Assembly (NCBI GenBank): GCA_946402785.1
Contig: CAMIXP010000001.1
Coordinates: forward strand, 1-33,715
Direction of reading: 5' to 3'
Length of the DNA: 33,715 nt
Source: an uncultured Bacillales bacterium
GTDB lineage: Bacteria; Bacillota_I; Bacilli_A; RF39; UBA660
Part shown: in pieces, positions 26,657 to 33,715 of the stretch
Layout: every line of letters starts with the position of its first letter
Numbering within the stretch: position 1 is the stretch's first letter
Notes under the pieces: model-generated
Database searches by the model: none
What the model saw: only the letters and a program-made list of their open reading frames with translations
What the model was told of the DNA's origin: nothing
Position numbers and translations under genes: made by a program

Positions 26657-27636
26657 TATTTATCACCATCTTTATAAATTTCACTAATGATTTGTTCTAG
26701 AGGAACATTTGATATATTAATATCAATCATATTATCTGGATTTAATAATTTAATAGCATCAGAAATACTTTTCTTCTTTAAATCTACTTCTAATTTGAGA
26801 TTGTAATCTTTGTCTTTTAAAATATTAATTCCTTCTTCACTATCTAAATTTACTTTTTCTTTCATTTTTGCATCGATTATTTTTTTATTTAAATAGTGAT
26901 ATTTTAAATTATCCATCGTATCATCTAATACAATTTGTCCTTTATTAACAATGATGACTCTTTTACATAATTTCTCAATATCGGATATATCATGAGAGGT
27001 AAGAACTACTGTTGTTTTATATTCTTTATTCATCCGTTTAATAAGTGTTCTTATTTTTTCTTTTACAACAGGGTCTAATCCGATTGTTGGTTCATCTAGG
27101 AATAATACTTTTGGTTCGTGGATTAAAGATGCCACAATCTCACATCGTATTCTTTGACCTAAACTTAAATTACGTACTGGTGTATTCATAAAGTCATCTA
27201 ATTCGAATAATTCCCTTAATTCTTCTATTTTTTTCTCAACTTGTTTTTCAGGAATATCATAGATGGCTCCAAAGAATTTAAAGTTATCATACGGTGTTAG
27301 ATGTGTCCATAATTGTTCTTTTTGTCCAAATACACATCCGATTTCATAGGCAAGTTTCTTTCTATCTTTCGTAGGATCATATCCTAAGACGTCTATTTTT
27401 CCTCCATCTGGGAAGAGAATTCCCGTCATCATTTTGATAGATGTAGATTTACCAGCACCATTTGGTCCAATGAATGCGATCATTTCACCCTTCTCTACAG
27501 AGAATGAAATGTCTTTAACAGCTTTGATGATATTATATTTGGGTTTGATGAAAGACTTTAAGCTTCCTTTTAGTCCTTTTTCTTTTACCTTAACTTTAAA
27601 AGTTTTGGATAAATTCTCTACTGTAATTACAGCCAT
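26656..27636 (-). CDS. ABC transporter ATP-binding protein with C-terminal extension
   Basis: Walker A is GPNGAGKST. Signature is LSLGQRIR. Walker B is LFLDEPTIGLD. The track start at 27645 is GTG inside the SD. ATG 27636 lies 8 nt after AAGGAG. Confidence 0.9.
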   Translation of the reverse strand: MAVITVENLSKTFKVKVKEKGLKGSLKSFIKPKYNIIKAVKDISFSVEKGEMIAFIGPNGAGKSTSIKMMTGILFPDGGKIDVLGYDPTKDRKKLAYEIGCVFGQKEQLWTHLTPYDNFKFFGAIYDIPEKQVEKKIEELRELFELDDFMNTPVRNLSLGQRIRCEIVASLIHEPKVLFLDEPTIGLDPVVKEKIRTLIKRMNKEYKTTVVLTSHDISDIEKLCKRVIIVNKGQIVLDDTMDNLKYHYLNKKIIDAKMKEKVNLDSEEGINILKDKDYNLKLEVDLKKKSISDAIKLLNPDNMIDINISNVPLEQIISEIYKDGDK

Positions 27637-27709
27637 ACTAATCACTCCTTTCTCAATATTTTGTTTTCATAGATATGATCATCAAAACCATTATAAACTA
27701 TTTATCGAC

Positions 27710-27797
27710 AAAAAAACACGGCAAAACACTTATTAAGTGACTCCGTGTTTACGTGTAGGTATTCCCCTATGCAGCTCGCTTCCTTATGCATACTCAC
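27710..27797 (-). promoter_or_regulatory. leader unit 1: conserved RNA element plus intrinsic terminator (candidate riboswitch/attenuator)
   Basis: RNA sense: GUGAGUAUGCAUAAGGAAGCGAGCUGCA-UAGG-ggaaua-CCUA-CACGUAAACACGGAGUCACUUaauAAGUGuuuugCCGUGU-U7. It is near-identical in its core to unit 2. Confidence 0.6.
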
Positions 27798-27823
27798 TTT
27801 TATCTATGAAAACTCGTCGAGTT

Positions 27824-27920
27824 AAAAAAAATACGGGCACTACTAAACTAGTAGTGACTCCGTATTAACGTGTAAGATTCTTCATCTTTATGCAGCTCGT
27901 TTCCTTATGCATACTCACTC
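27824..27920 (-). promoter_or_regulatory. leader unit 2: second copy of the conserved element plus terminator
   Basis: RNA sense: GUGAGUAUGCAUAAGGAAACGAGCUGCA-UAAGAU-gaaga-AUCUUA-CACGUUAAUACGGAGUCACUACUAguuUAGUAGUGcCCGUAU-U8. Confidence 0.6.
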
Positions 27921-27931
27921 GACTTGTCTAC

Positions 27932-27960
27932 ATCATATCTCATAAACAATTGTTTGTCAA
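27932..27960 (-). promoter_or_regulatory. sigma-A promoter of the ABC-2 operon leader
   Basis: Minus strand reads TTGACA-N17-TATGAT. It predicts a ~290-nt 5'UTR. Confidence 0.65.
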
Positions 27961-28012
27961 CCTTTTTTTGTTACCAAAGATAGAAAATGTTTGAAAAAAG
28001 GCAAAATAATAC

Positions 28013-28041
28013 TTGTCATTTCAAGGAAAAACTGATAAAAT
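28013..28041 (+). promoter_or_regulatory. promoter of tRNA-His
   Basis: TTGTCA-N17-TAAAAT with an extended TGa, ending 20 nt before the tRNA. Confidence 0.55.
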
Positions 28042-28060
28042 ATACTTGTTACTTTGAAAT

Positions 28061-28137
28061 GGCGCCGTTGGTGAAGTGGTTAACACGCTAGTTTGTGGCA
28101 CTAGTATGCGTGAGTTCGATTCTCACACGACGCCCCA
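28061..28137 (+). tRNA. tRNA-His (GUG) with encoded G-1 and CCA
   Basis: Anticodon stem is CTAGT/ACTAG with loop TTGTGGC. T-arm is GTGAG-TTCGATT-CTCAC. The extra 5' G pairs with C73. There is one C-A mismatch in the acceptor stem. Confidence 0.85.
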
Positions 28138-28149
28138 GTTTGAAATTAA

Positions 28150-28176
28150 AGAGTCTTTTTTAAAGATTCTTTTTTT
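28150..28176 (+). terminator. terminator after tRNA-His
   Basis: AGAGTCTTT-ttt-AAAGATTCT (9 bp including one G-U pair) followed by T6. Confidence 0.75.
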
Positions 28177-28225
28177 GTTAATATTTGGTATAATAGTATA
28201 TATAAATATAGATAAGGAGAATCAT

Positions 28226-29188
28226 ATGAATTATAAGAAAATAGTGGTTGCTGGTGGCGGTGTTTTAGGAAGTCAAATTGCTTTTCAATCAGCTTATTGT
28301 GGATATGATGTAACAATATGGTTAAGAAGTGAAGATAGTAAAACAAGAACACAGCCAAAACTAGATGCATTAAAAAAGAATTATATTGAAACAATTGAAT
28401 CCCTAAATCCTCAAGATGAAAATAATTGGGCAAGGGGAATTGCGGATATCGATCATTTTAATAAGGAAGAATGTTTAGAAAAAGTAGAAAGAGCTTACAA
28501 TAGTATTCGATTAGAAGTTGATATGAAAGAAGCTATGAAAGATGCTGATTTAGTCATCGAATCCATGGCTGAAATTAAAGATGAAAAGATTCAATTCTAT
28601 CAAACATTGGCTCCCTTTTTAGAAGATAAAACCGTTCTTGTAACAAACTCTTCTACTCTATTACCATCTACATTTGCCAAGTATACAGGAAGACCAGAAA
28701 AATATTTATCTCTTCATTTTGCAAATACAATATGGATTAAAAATACAGCTGAGGTAATGGCTCATGATGAAACTGATAAAAAGTATTTTGATGAAATTAT
28801 GGAATTTGCTACCAGTATTCGCATGTTACCACTTCCTGTATTAAAGGAAAAATCTGGATATCTATTAAATTCTATGTTGGTACCATTCTTGTTAAGCGGT
28901 ATGGATTTATTAACGAATGGAATATCAGATGCTAAAAGTATTGATACTGCATGGAAAAGAGGTACTGGTGCACCAAAAGGACCATTTGAGATTATTGATA
29001 CTGTAGGATTAACAACTGCCAAAAATATAGTTGAACAATACCAAAAAGTTCCTGGATTAATGAGTCCATTATTAAGGAAAATGATGTTACCTTATAATTA
29101 CAAGGGAATGTTAAACATGTTAAATCAATATATTGAGGAAGGTAAATTAGGGAAATCATCCGGGGAAGGATTTTACAAATACAACTAA
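28226..29188 (+). CDS. 3-hydroxyacyl-CoA dehydrogenase family protein (NAD-binding)
   Basis: ATG 28226 follows AAGGAGA, and TGgTATAAT is at 28186-28194. The track ORF start at 28076 lies inside the tRNA. Rossmann motif is VVAGGGVLGSQIA. The C-terminal GKSSGEGFYKY is typical of the 3HCDH family. Confidence 0.85.
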   Translation: MNYKKIVVAGGGVLGSQIAFQSAYCGYDVTIWLRSEDSKTRTQPKLDALKKNYIETIESLNPQDENNWARGIADIDHFNKEECLEKVERAYNSIRLEVDMKEAMKDADLVIESMAEIKDEKIQFYQTLAPFLEDKTVLVTNSSTLLPSTFAKYTGRPEKYLSLHFANTIWIKNTAEVMAHDETDKKYFDEIMEFATSIRMLPLPVLKEKSGYLLNSMLVPFLLSGMDLLTNGISDAKSIDTAWKRGTGAPKGPFEIIDTVGLTTAKNIVEQYQKVPGLMSPLLRKMMLPYNYKGMLNMLNQYIEEGKLGKSSGEGFYKYN

Positions 29189-29234
29189 TCTTAATTAGTA
29201 GATTGGTGTTATACATATATATTCAATTTATCAT

Positions 29235-29268
29235 AAAAAAAGGAACTAGACAGCAGTTCCTTTTTTTT
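29235..29268. terminator. bidirectional terminator between convergent genes
   Basis: A7-GGAACT-agacagc-AGTTCC-T8. Confidence 0.8.
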
Positions 29269-29797
29269 GATAATTCATATCATCGTATACTTCTTGTTTA
29301 TCTACTCTATTTATTAAAAGAGAATCCGATTCGAAAACGTTCCACTTGTATAATTTTGCATATTGTAGTATTTTTAATGTTTTTCGTAATAAGTCTTTAT
29401 GACCTGCAATTAATGAAAAAGGTAATGCTATTCCTTGAATTTTATCTAACCCTATTTCATCTTTCACATGATATTCATCTGAGAAGCAAGAGTATCTTCC
29501 TTTTTTAGGATCCACTACTTTTCCTTTTATTATTTCTGCATGGACTGCATCAATACTAGAATCAATTATAAATGCTGGGCACCAAAAAATCCATCCATAA
29601 AAACACGATTCATACCATGCTGTTTCCCCTTCTCTGTTCCATTTTCCAACACTAATATAATCATCACCATTATAAAGACCCGGAGAATTTCCTAATCTCT
29701 TATTATTACTTTTTATTCCACCGGATTCAATTATATCAAGCATAATATCTAAACCATTATTATATATTATATTTGTTCCATGATAATAATAATCCAT
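29246..29797 (-). CDS. hypothetical 183-aa protein with DT/PARP/DarT-like H-Y-E ADP-ribosyltransferase-type motifs
   Basis: N-terminal YYYHGT followed by ...LDIIESGGIKS. DDYISVG is around residue 47. SDEYHVKDEI is around residue 108. The order and spacing resemble the H...Y...E triad of ARTs. ATG follows GAGGGGAAG. Confidence 0.35.
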   Translation of the reverse strand: MDYYYHGTNIIYNNGLDIMLDIIESGGIKSNNKRLGNSPGLYNGDDYISVGKWNREGETAWYESCFYGWIFWCPAFIIDSSIDAVHAEIIKGKVVDPKKGRYSCFSDEYHVKDEIGLDKIQGIALPFSLIAGHKDLLRKTLKILQYAKLYKWNVFESDSLLINRVDKQEVYDDMNYQKKGTAV

Positions 29798-29834
29798 ACT
29801 TCTTCCCCTCGTTACGTGTTATTCTAACATTTTT

Positions 29835-30701
29835 TTACTGTTTTTTCATTATTTTCTGTATTAATGAATACTTTTCCTTTTCTTGTACTTCTTCATACAT
29901 CATGGTGTATCCACCAAAGTCAATTAATAGAATGACTTGATGATTGTTTTCTCCTAAATGAACTGTGTAACGTTCTCTTTCACTTTTGTTGAATAATTGA
30001 TTTCTAAAATAGACATGAAGGGCTACTCTTTCCATTGGTCCTTTTACTGGATAACAGTTTAAGAACTGATCAGATAATTGAGATATTTTCTTTTGAACTA
30101 AATCGAGACTATCTTCTGCTTCAAAGTATCTCATTGCTTGATTACGATCAATATATTTACTTTTCATTCTTTCGATGGAATCACTAAAGTATTCGTTTTC
30201 AATGACTCCTAAATCTAAGTCCATTTCTCGAATGGTATTATGAGAAAGTGTCATTAATTTACTTGGATCTAATAGAGAATGTTTGGAAACAATATAATTT
30301 CCGTATGTTACTGGTTGAATTCTATATTGTACTTTTGCTAAATCATTTAATGCATCTATAAAGTATCTACCATGTTCTCCATCTACTACTAAAGCATATA
30401 AAGGAACATTGGAATTGGTTGCCTGTACTAGTTTGGAATCAATTCCTATGTAATCTAAAACATCTTTGATTAGTAGATGAAGTGATTTACACATGACATA
30501 AGGATAAGTTGTTTCATATTGTAGTGTTGGTACTACTTTTAGTTTTTCTTCATCCCTTAATTGAAAGAATGATAAATCTCTTTGTACAAGTTTGGATATT
30601 TCTACTGTGACATAACGAATAGCATAATCCGTATTCCAGTTATGATCTAAAACAGTATAAATGATTCTTTGTATTTCTGGTTTTCTTAGTATACTATTCA
30701 T
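29835..30701 (-). CDS. hypothetical 288-aa protein with a transglutaminase/papain-like core segment
   Basis: YVMCKSLHLLIKDVLDYIGIDSKLV...PLYALVVDGEHGRYFIDALND resembles the Cys...His...Asp core of transglutaminase-like proteases. Tyr sits where His is expected in my alignment. ATG follows AAAGGGGAAG. Confidence 0.3.
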   Translation of the reverse strand: MNSILRKPEIQRIIYTVLDHNWNTDYAIRYVTVEISKLVQRDLSFFQLRDEEKLKVVPTLQYETTYPYVMCKSLHLLIKDVLDYIGIDSKLVQATNSNVPLYALVVDGEHGRYFIDALNDLAKVQYRIQPVTYGNYIVSKHSLLDPSKLMTLSHNTIREMDLDLGVIENEYFSDSIERMKSKYIDRNQAMRYFEAEDSLDLVQKKISQLSDQFLNCYPVKGPMERVALHVYFRNQLFNKSERERYTVHLGENNHQVILLIDFGGYTMMYEEVQEKEKYSLIQKIMKKQ

Positions 30702-30764
30702 ACGTCTTCCCCTTTCACAAACATGCGCTATTGTATCATATCTTGTTTAAAAAGTCATCTTTTC

Positions 30765-30793
30765 TTTACAGAAATGGCAAAAAATGATATAAT
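30765..30793 (+). promoter_or_regulatory. sigma-A promoter for 30816..31514
   Basis: TTTACA-N17-TATAAT with an extended TGa. Confidence 0.6.
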
Positions 30794-30815
30794 ATGCAAC
30801 GAATGAGGGGTTCCT

Positions 30816-31514
30816 ATGAAAGATTTACAATTTAAAAGTCGTGATGAGTTAAAACAATATATTCAAGATCATAAAGAAAAGTATTTAGGTGGAGGACAAG
30901 AAGGGGTTTGTTACTTGCTGAAAGATGGTTCTGTTATCAAACTATTACATGAGGATTATTTCCCACAATTTGCTTTACAATTTAGTGGTATTACCATTCC
31001 TACTTTCTATTTTGCAAAAAATGGAGCTTATGTTTCTGATATGGTTTCTGCCATCTTCATGGATCATGCTACGGGAGTTGTGCTTGAGAGACAGAGACCG
31101 GATGATCAAAGTTTTTCTATTTTAGGGGATCAATTAGATGTGGTTGTATCGGATGTTAAAAAAGCTTCTGATAAACATATTTTAATTCAGGATTTTCATC
31201 CTGGTAATATGATTTATGATGGAGAGCGTTTTAAGATCATTGATACGCTTCCATTCTTATTACTTCCTGGTAGTACTTATCAGAAAGAAAATATACGAGA
31301 AGTTATGGGAAGATTCTATGATTTCTTATTTGATGAAATGAAGAAATATCCTGTATTAGATGAAAAACATTCTTATCATGGAAAACTAGAATGCTTGGAA
31401 CATCCAAAGGAATACTTAATGTCTGTTAAAGCCTATTTAGAGGAATTAACGAATCAAGAAGTAGATACTTTTTCTGATGCTCATCAAGCATTACAAAAAA
31501 CATTTAAAAAATAA
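30816..31514 (+). CDS. small protein-kinase-like phosphotransferase (APH/ChoK-like motifs intact)
   Basis: G-loop LGGGQEGVCY. VIK lysine. Brenner-type motif ILIQDFHPGNMIY. Metal-binding motif FKIIDT. SD is GAGGGG. Confidence 0.55.
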   Translation: MKDLQFKSRDELKQYIQDHKEKYLGGGQEGVCYLLKDGSVIKLLHEDYFPQFALQFSGITIPTFYFAKNGAYVSDMVSAIFMDHATGVVLERQRPDDQSFSILGDQLDVVVSDVKKASDKHILIQDFHPGNMIYDGERFKIIDTLPFLLLPGSTYQKENIREVMGRFYDFLFDEMKKYPVLDEKHSYHGKLECLEHPKEYLMSVKAYLEELTNQEVDTFSDAHQALQKTFKK

Positions 31515-31535
31515 AAGACTCAAATGAGTCTTTTT
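31513..31535. terminator. bidirectional terminator between convergent genes
   Basis: AAGACTCA-aa-TGAGTCTT flanked by A and T runs, lying exactly between the two stop codons. Confidence 0.8.
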
Positions 31536-32184
31536 ATATTGCATAAAATAAGATACTGAATGATTGAAGAATACATCCTGCCAGTACAAATATATGAAAT
31601 ACAGAATGCATATATCTCATCTTTTTACCCATTCCATATAGAACAGCTCCTATCGTAAATACAATTCCACCACTTAGTAAATAGATCAATCCTTTGGTAG
31701 GAAGTGCTTGATATAAAGAGTTAAAAGATATTAATACCATCCATCCTTGGATTAAATATAAACCTAAAGATATTTTTTTGTATTTTTCTAAGTTAATGGA
31801 ATTGAGAATCACTCCTATGATAGCACAAGTCCATATGATTCCGAATAAAGTCCATCCAACAGCACCGCCTAATAGACTTAAACAAAAAGGTGTATAACTT
31901 CCCGCAATAAATGCATAAATGTCACAATGGTCTAAAATACGGAATACTTTTTTGGCTCCTATTCTAGGACTTAATGCGTGGTATAGGCAACTGATTAAAA
32001 ACATAATAATCATGGATGTTCCATAAATACAAGAAGAAACAATTCCAATTGTATTATGATGATACGCAGACATGATAATGGTTAATACTAAAATGGTTAT
32101 TCCAAATAATACACCAAATCCATGCGTAATCGAATTTAATAATTCTTCTCCTAAAGTGTACTTTGGCACAGTAATTTTACTCAT
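31534..32184 (-). CDS. hemolysin-III / PAQR family membrane protein
   Basis: Seven TM helices with LNSITHG, YHALSP, DHCDIYAFIAGSYTP and HSVFHIFVLAG motifs. ATG 32184 lies 7 nt after AGGAGA. The upstream ATG 32208 has no SD. Confidence 0.85.
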   Translation of the reverse strand: MSKITVPKYTLGEELLNSITHGFGVLFGITILVLTIIMSAYHHNTIGIVSSCIYGTSMIIMFLISCLYHALSPRIGAKKVFRILDHCDIYAFIAGSYTPFCLSLLGGAVGWTLFGIIWTCAIIGVILNSINLEKYKKISLGLYLIQGWMVLISFNSLYQALPTKGLIYLLSGGIVFTIGAVLYGMGKKMRYMHSVFHIFVLAGCILQSFSILFYAI

Positions 32185-32235
32185 TTTTTCATCTCCTAGT
32201 CGATACATAAAGAACTATTCGTTTGAATAGTTTTT

Positions 32236-32628
32236 TTAGTTGTCTTCTTTTTCTTCTTTTTCTTCTAACTGATCTTTTTCATCTTGTAATCTTGTGATTG
32301 TTTTTTCTTTTTCATCAATCGCATTTCCTACTTCTCTATTTGCTTTCATGTAGGTACTACGATTTACTTGTCTCATCGTTTCATAACGTTTTCTAAGAGC
32401 AACATTTACAATTGAATCTGATACAACGTTAATACAAGCACTTAAATTATTATTTAAATTATCTACTTCTTCTTGAATTTCTCTAAATTTCTTTAGAGCA
32501 CTCATTTCTTCATCAATTTGTTTTTGATATTGTTCTTTTTCACGTCGACGTTCTTCTCTTTTTTCTTCTTCTTCCTTTTCTTCTTTTTCTTCTTCTGTTA
32601 ATTCTTCTCTCTTTTCATTCTCTTCCAT
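32236..32628 (-). CDS. highly charged coiled-coil protein, 130 aa
   Basis: E/K-rich termini around a helical core. ATG follows GGAGG. Lies directly downstream of the LXG-like gene. An AACTATTC-aaac-GAATAGTT hairpin (32213-32232) follows its stop. Confidence 0.65.
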   Translation of the reverse strand: MEENEKREELTEEEKEEKEEEEKREERRREKEQYQKQIDEEMSALKKFREIQEEVDNLNNNLSACINVVSDSIVNVALRKRYETMRQVNRSTYMKANREVGNAIDEKEKTITRLQDEKDQLEEKEEKEDN

Positions 32629-32639
32629 ATATGTGCCTC

Positions 32640-33290
32640 CTATACTGTTACTGCTGGTTTGTATGAAACGGTTCTAGATGGAGAAATAGAATTAACTTGT
32701 TCTTTGAATCCAGGAAGACCTTCGAATGCAGCTTGTAGAATTGCTTCTGCTTTTTGATAAACTGGTTCGAATCCTTCAATCTTTGTGATTAAACGATCTA
32801 GTTCTTTTAAAGTTGTTTCTGCTTCTGCAATTTGTGCTTTAATATCACTGGCATCATACAAAGCAACGGTTCTTGTTTGTTGTTGTCCATTTGCATCTGT
32901 ATATGTTTGTGTTGTTGTAGCACTTAACATTTCATTTAATTTTGCAATACTGCTTTCACAGTTTTGTTTTGCTAATTTGTATTCATCTAATTTAGAAGTA
33001 TCTAGCATTAAGTCATCTCCTAAATAATCTTTTAGGATTTGTAATGCTTCTTTAATAGCTGCTGCTAGTTTTTGTGCTAGGGCTATTCTGGATTGAAGAG
33101 CAGCTCCTATACTTTCAAGATTTGCACGATATTTATCCCAACTAGTTCCTACTAACTTATCTTTACTTCCTGTTACAAAGTCTGTAATTGCTTGATTGAC
33201 ATTTGTTGCTTCTGTTGCGTCTGTGCTTAATGTATCGGTTGCTCCAGAACCAAGAAGAGCATCAACTTCATCTAAATATACTTTAGCCAT
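32640..33290 (-). CDS. LXG-domain-like (WXG100 superfamily) helical protein without a toxin domain
   Basis: MAKVYLDEVDAL..., KLVGTSWDKYRANL (the LxG position) and MLDTSKLDEYKL... follow the LXG N-terminal domain pattern. Only 216 aa. ATG follows GAGGAGGAA. Confidence 0.5.
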   Translation of the reverse strand: MAKVYLDEVDALLGSGATDTLSTDATEATNVNQAITDFVTGSKDKLVGTSWDKYRANLESIGAALQSRIALAQKLAAAIKEALQILKDYLGDDLMLDTSKLDEYKLAKQNCESSIAKLNEMLSATTTQTYTDANGQQQTRTVALYDASDIKAQIAEAETTLKELDRLITKIEGFEPVYQKAEAILQAAFEGLPGFKEQVNSISPSRTVSYKPAVTV

Positions 33291-33308
33291 ATTTCATTCC
33301 TCCTCTTC

Positions 33309-33715
33309 CTACTGCATATCCGCAAGTTCATCGGATGACCTTGCCGTATAGCTTCCTTCTTCAGCAACGGTATTTTCATCACCGTATGAATCGTCATATT
33401 CTACATCAACCGTATTTGCATTGGTTGTATATTCATCATCTTGATAATAATCATCATATGGGTCTACTTTTTCCTCTTCCCCATTATCATTATTCTTTTG
33501 ATGATCCATATAAGCTTTTGCACCAATTCCTGCAGCTGCGGCAATTGTTAATCCTGCAACTACTGGTACAACTGGACTTGATTTTTTCGTTGTTGGTTGT
33601 TGAACTGGTGTTTCTTGAACAGGGATTCTTGTCATAGATGGTTCACTAACCATATCTACTGGAGAAGAAGTTGTTCCTTCATCCATTCCTGTAATGTCAT
33701 CTGATAAGTCTCGAC
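33309..33715 (-). CDS. C-terminal part of a single-pass membrane protein with an acidic tail (5' end outside the window)
   Basis: The frame stays open upstream of the listed ATG to the window edge (…RDLSDDITGMDEG…). It has a P/T/S-rich linker, the TM helix VVPVVAGLTIAAAAGIGAKAY, and a D/E/Y-rich tail. Confidence 0.55.
   Translation of the reverse strand, partial: RDLSDDITGMDEGTTSSPVDMVSEPSMTRIPVQETPVQQPTTKKSSPVVPVVAGLTIAAAAGIGAKAYMDHQKNNDNGEEEKVDPYDDYYQDDEYTTNANTVDVEYDDSYGDENTVAEEGSYTARSSDELADMQ

Noticed and set aside
27770-27915. Leader peptides MHKEASCI... (unit 1) and MHKETSCIKMKNLTR (unit 2) as the basis of ribosome-mediated attenuation
   Set aside because: The conserved ATG has only a weak, badly spaced GAGUGAG upstream. 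Conservation is at the nucleotide level, including wobble positions. The peptides diverge exactly where the RNA hairpin shows compensatory changes. RNA-structure-based control is favoured, but not proven.
28076-28225. N-terminal extension of the dehydrogenase ORF (track start 28076)
   Set aside because: It starts with GTG inside tRNA-His and reads through the tRNA terminator and a -10 box. The ATG at 28226 has a proper AAGGAGA SD and begins directly at the Rossmann motif.
29203-29508. Plus-strand 101-aa ORF and minus-strand ORFs 28762..29216 around the convergent terminator
   Set aside because: They overlap the better-supported dehydrogenase and ART-like genes and cross the bidirectional terminator. 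They have no SD.
28061-31537. Genomic island integrated at tRNA-His
   Set aside because: There is no integrase, recombinase or transposase gene. I could not see a direct repeat of the tRNA 3' end downstream. The tRNA has its own promoter and terminator. Only the accessory-like character of 29246..31514 remains suggestive.
1-33715. CRISPR arrays, rRNA genes, IS elements or prophage genes
   Set aside because: Reading both strands, I saw no regularly spaced direct repeats, no rRNA-like conserved stretches, no terminal inverted repeats flanking a transposase, and no phage structural or integrase genes.

Overview
This is a low-GC (about 30% by eye) Firmicute-type chromosomal window, and almost every gene is on the minus strand. 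An N-domain-less ClpB behind a CIRCE operator suggests an Erysipelotrichia/Mollicutes-related lineage, but that is inference only.

Gene content is mostly housekeeping or accessory:
- three tRNAs (Gly-GCC, Cys-GCA, His-GUG)
- an ABC-F ATPase
- a hybrid sensor kinase
- two secreted cell-wall hydrolase-like proteins
- a Sir2 deacylase
- a DUF2975/HTH/DUF4153 cassette
- two ABC transporter operons
- an LD-carboxypeptidase, ClpB, a GNAT, a 3-hydroxyacyl-CoA dehydrogenase and hemolysin-III

I saw no transposase, integrase, CRISPR array or rRNA. Many transcription units are delimited by near-consensus TTGACA-N17-TATAAT promoters and hairpin/T-run terminators that can be read directly.

Four items deserve follow-up:
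1. A ~630-nt non-coding, visibly GC-richer, highly nested structured RNA locus (9233..9863, minus). It has a perfect promoter and its own terminator, and lies upstream of a small protein and a 4-TM DUF21-like membrane protein. This is OLE/oapA-like synteny, but the RNA class is unresolved.
2. A tandemly duplicated ~90-nt conserved leader, each copy ending in a terminator, in the 5'UTR of an ABC-2 exporter operon (27710..27920).
3. A two-gene cassette of a papain/transglutaminase-like protein plus a small protein with DT/PARP/DarT-like H-Y-E motifs (29246..30701).
4. An LXG-domain-only protein with flanking helical or acidic proteins at the right edge of the window.

All family calls come from motif recognition by eye. 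No database search was run. Several ORF-track starts (TTG/GTG) were moved to downstream ATGs with better Shine-Dalgarno (SD) spacing.
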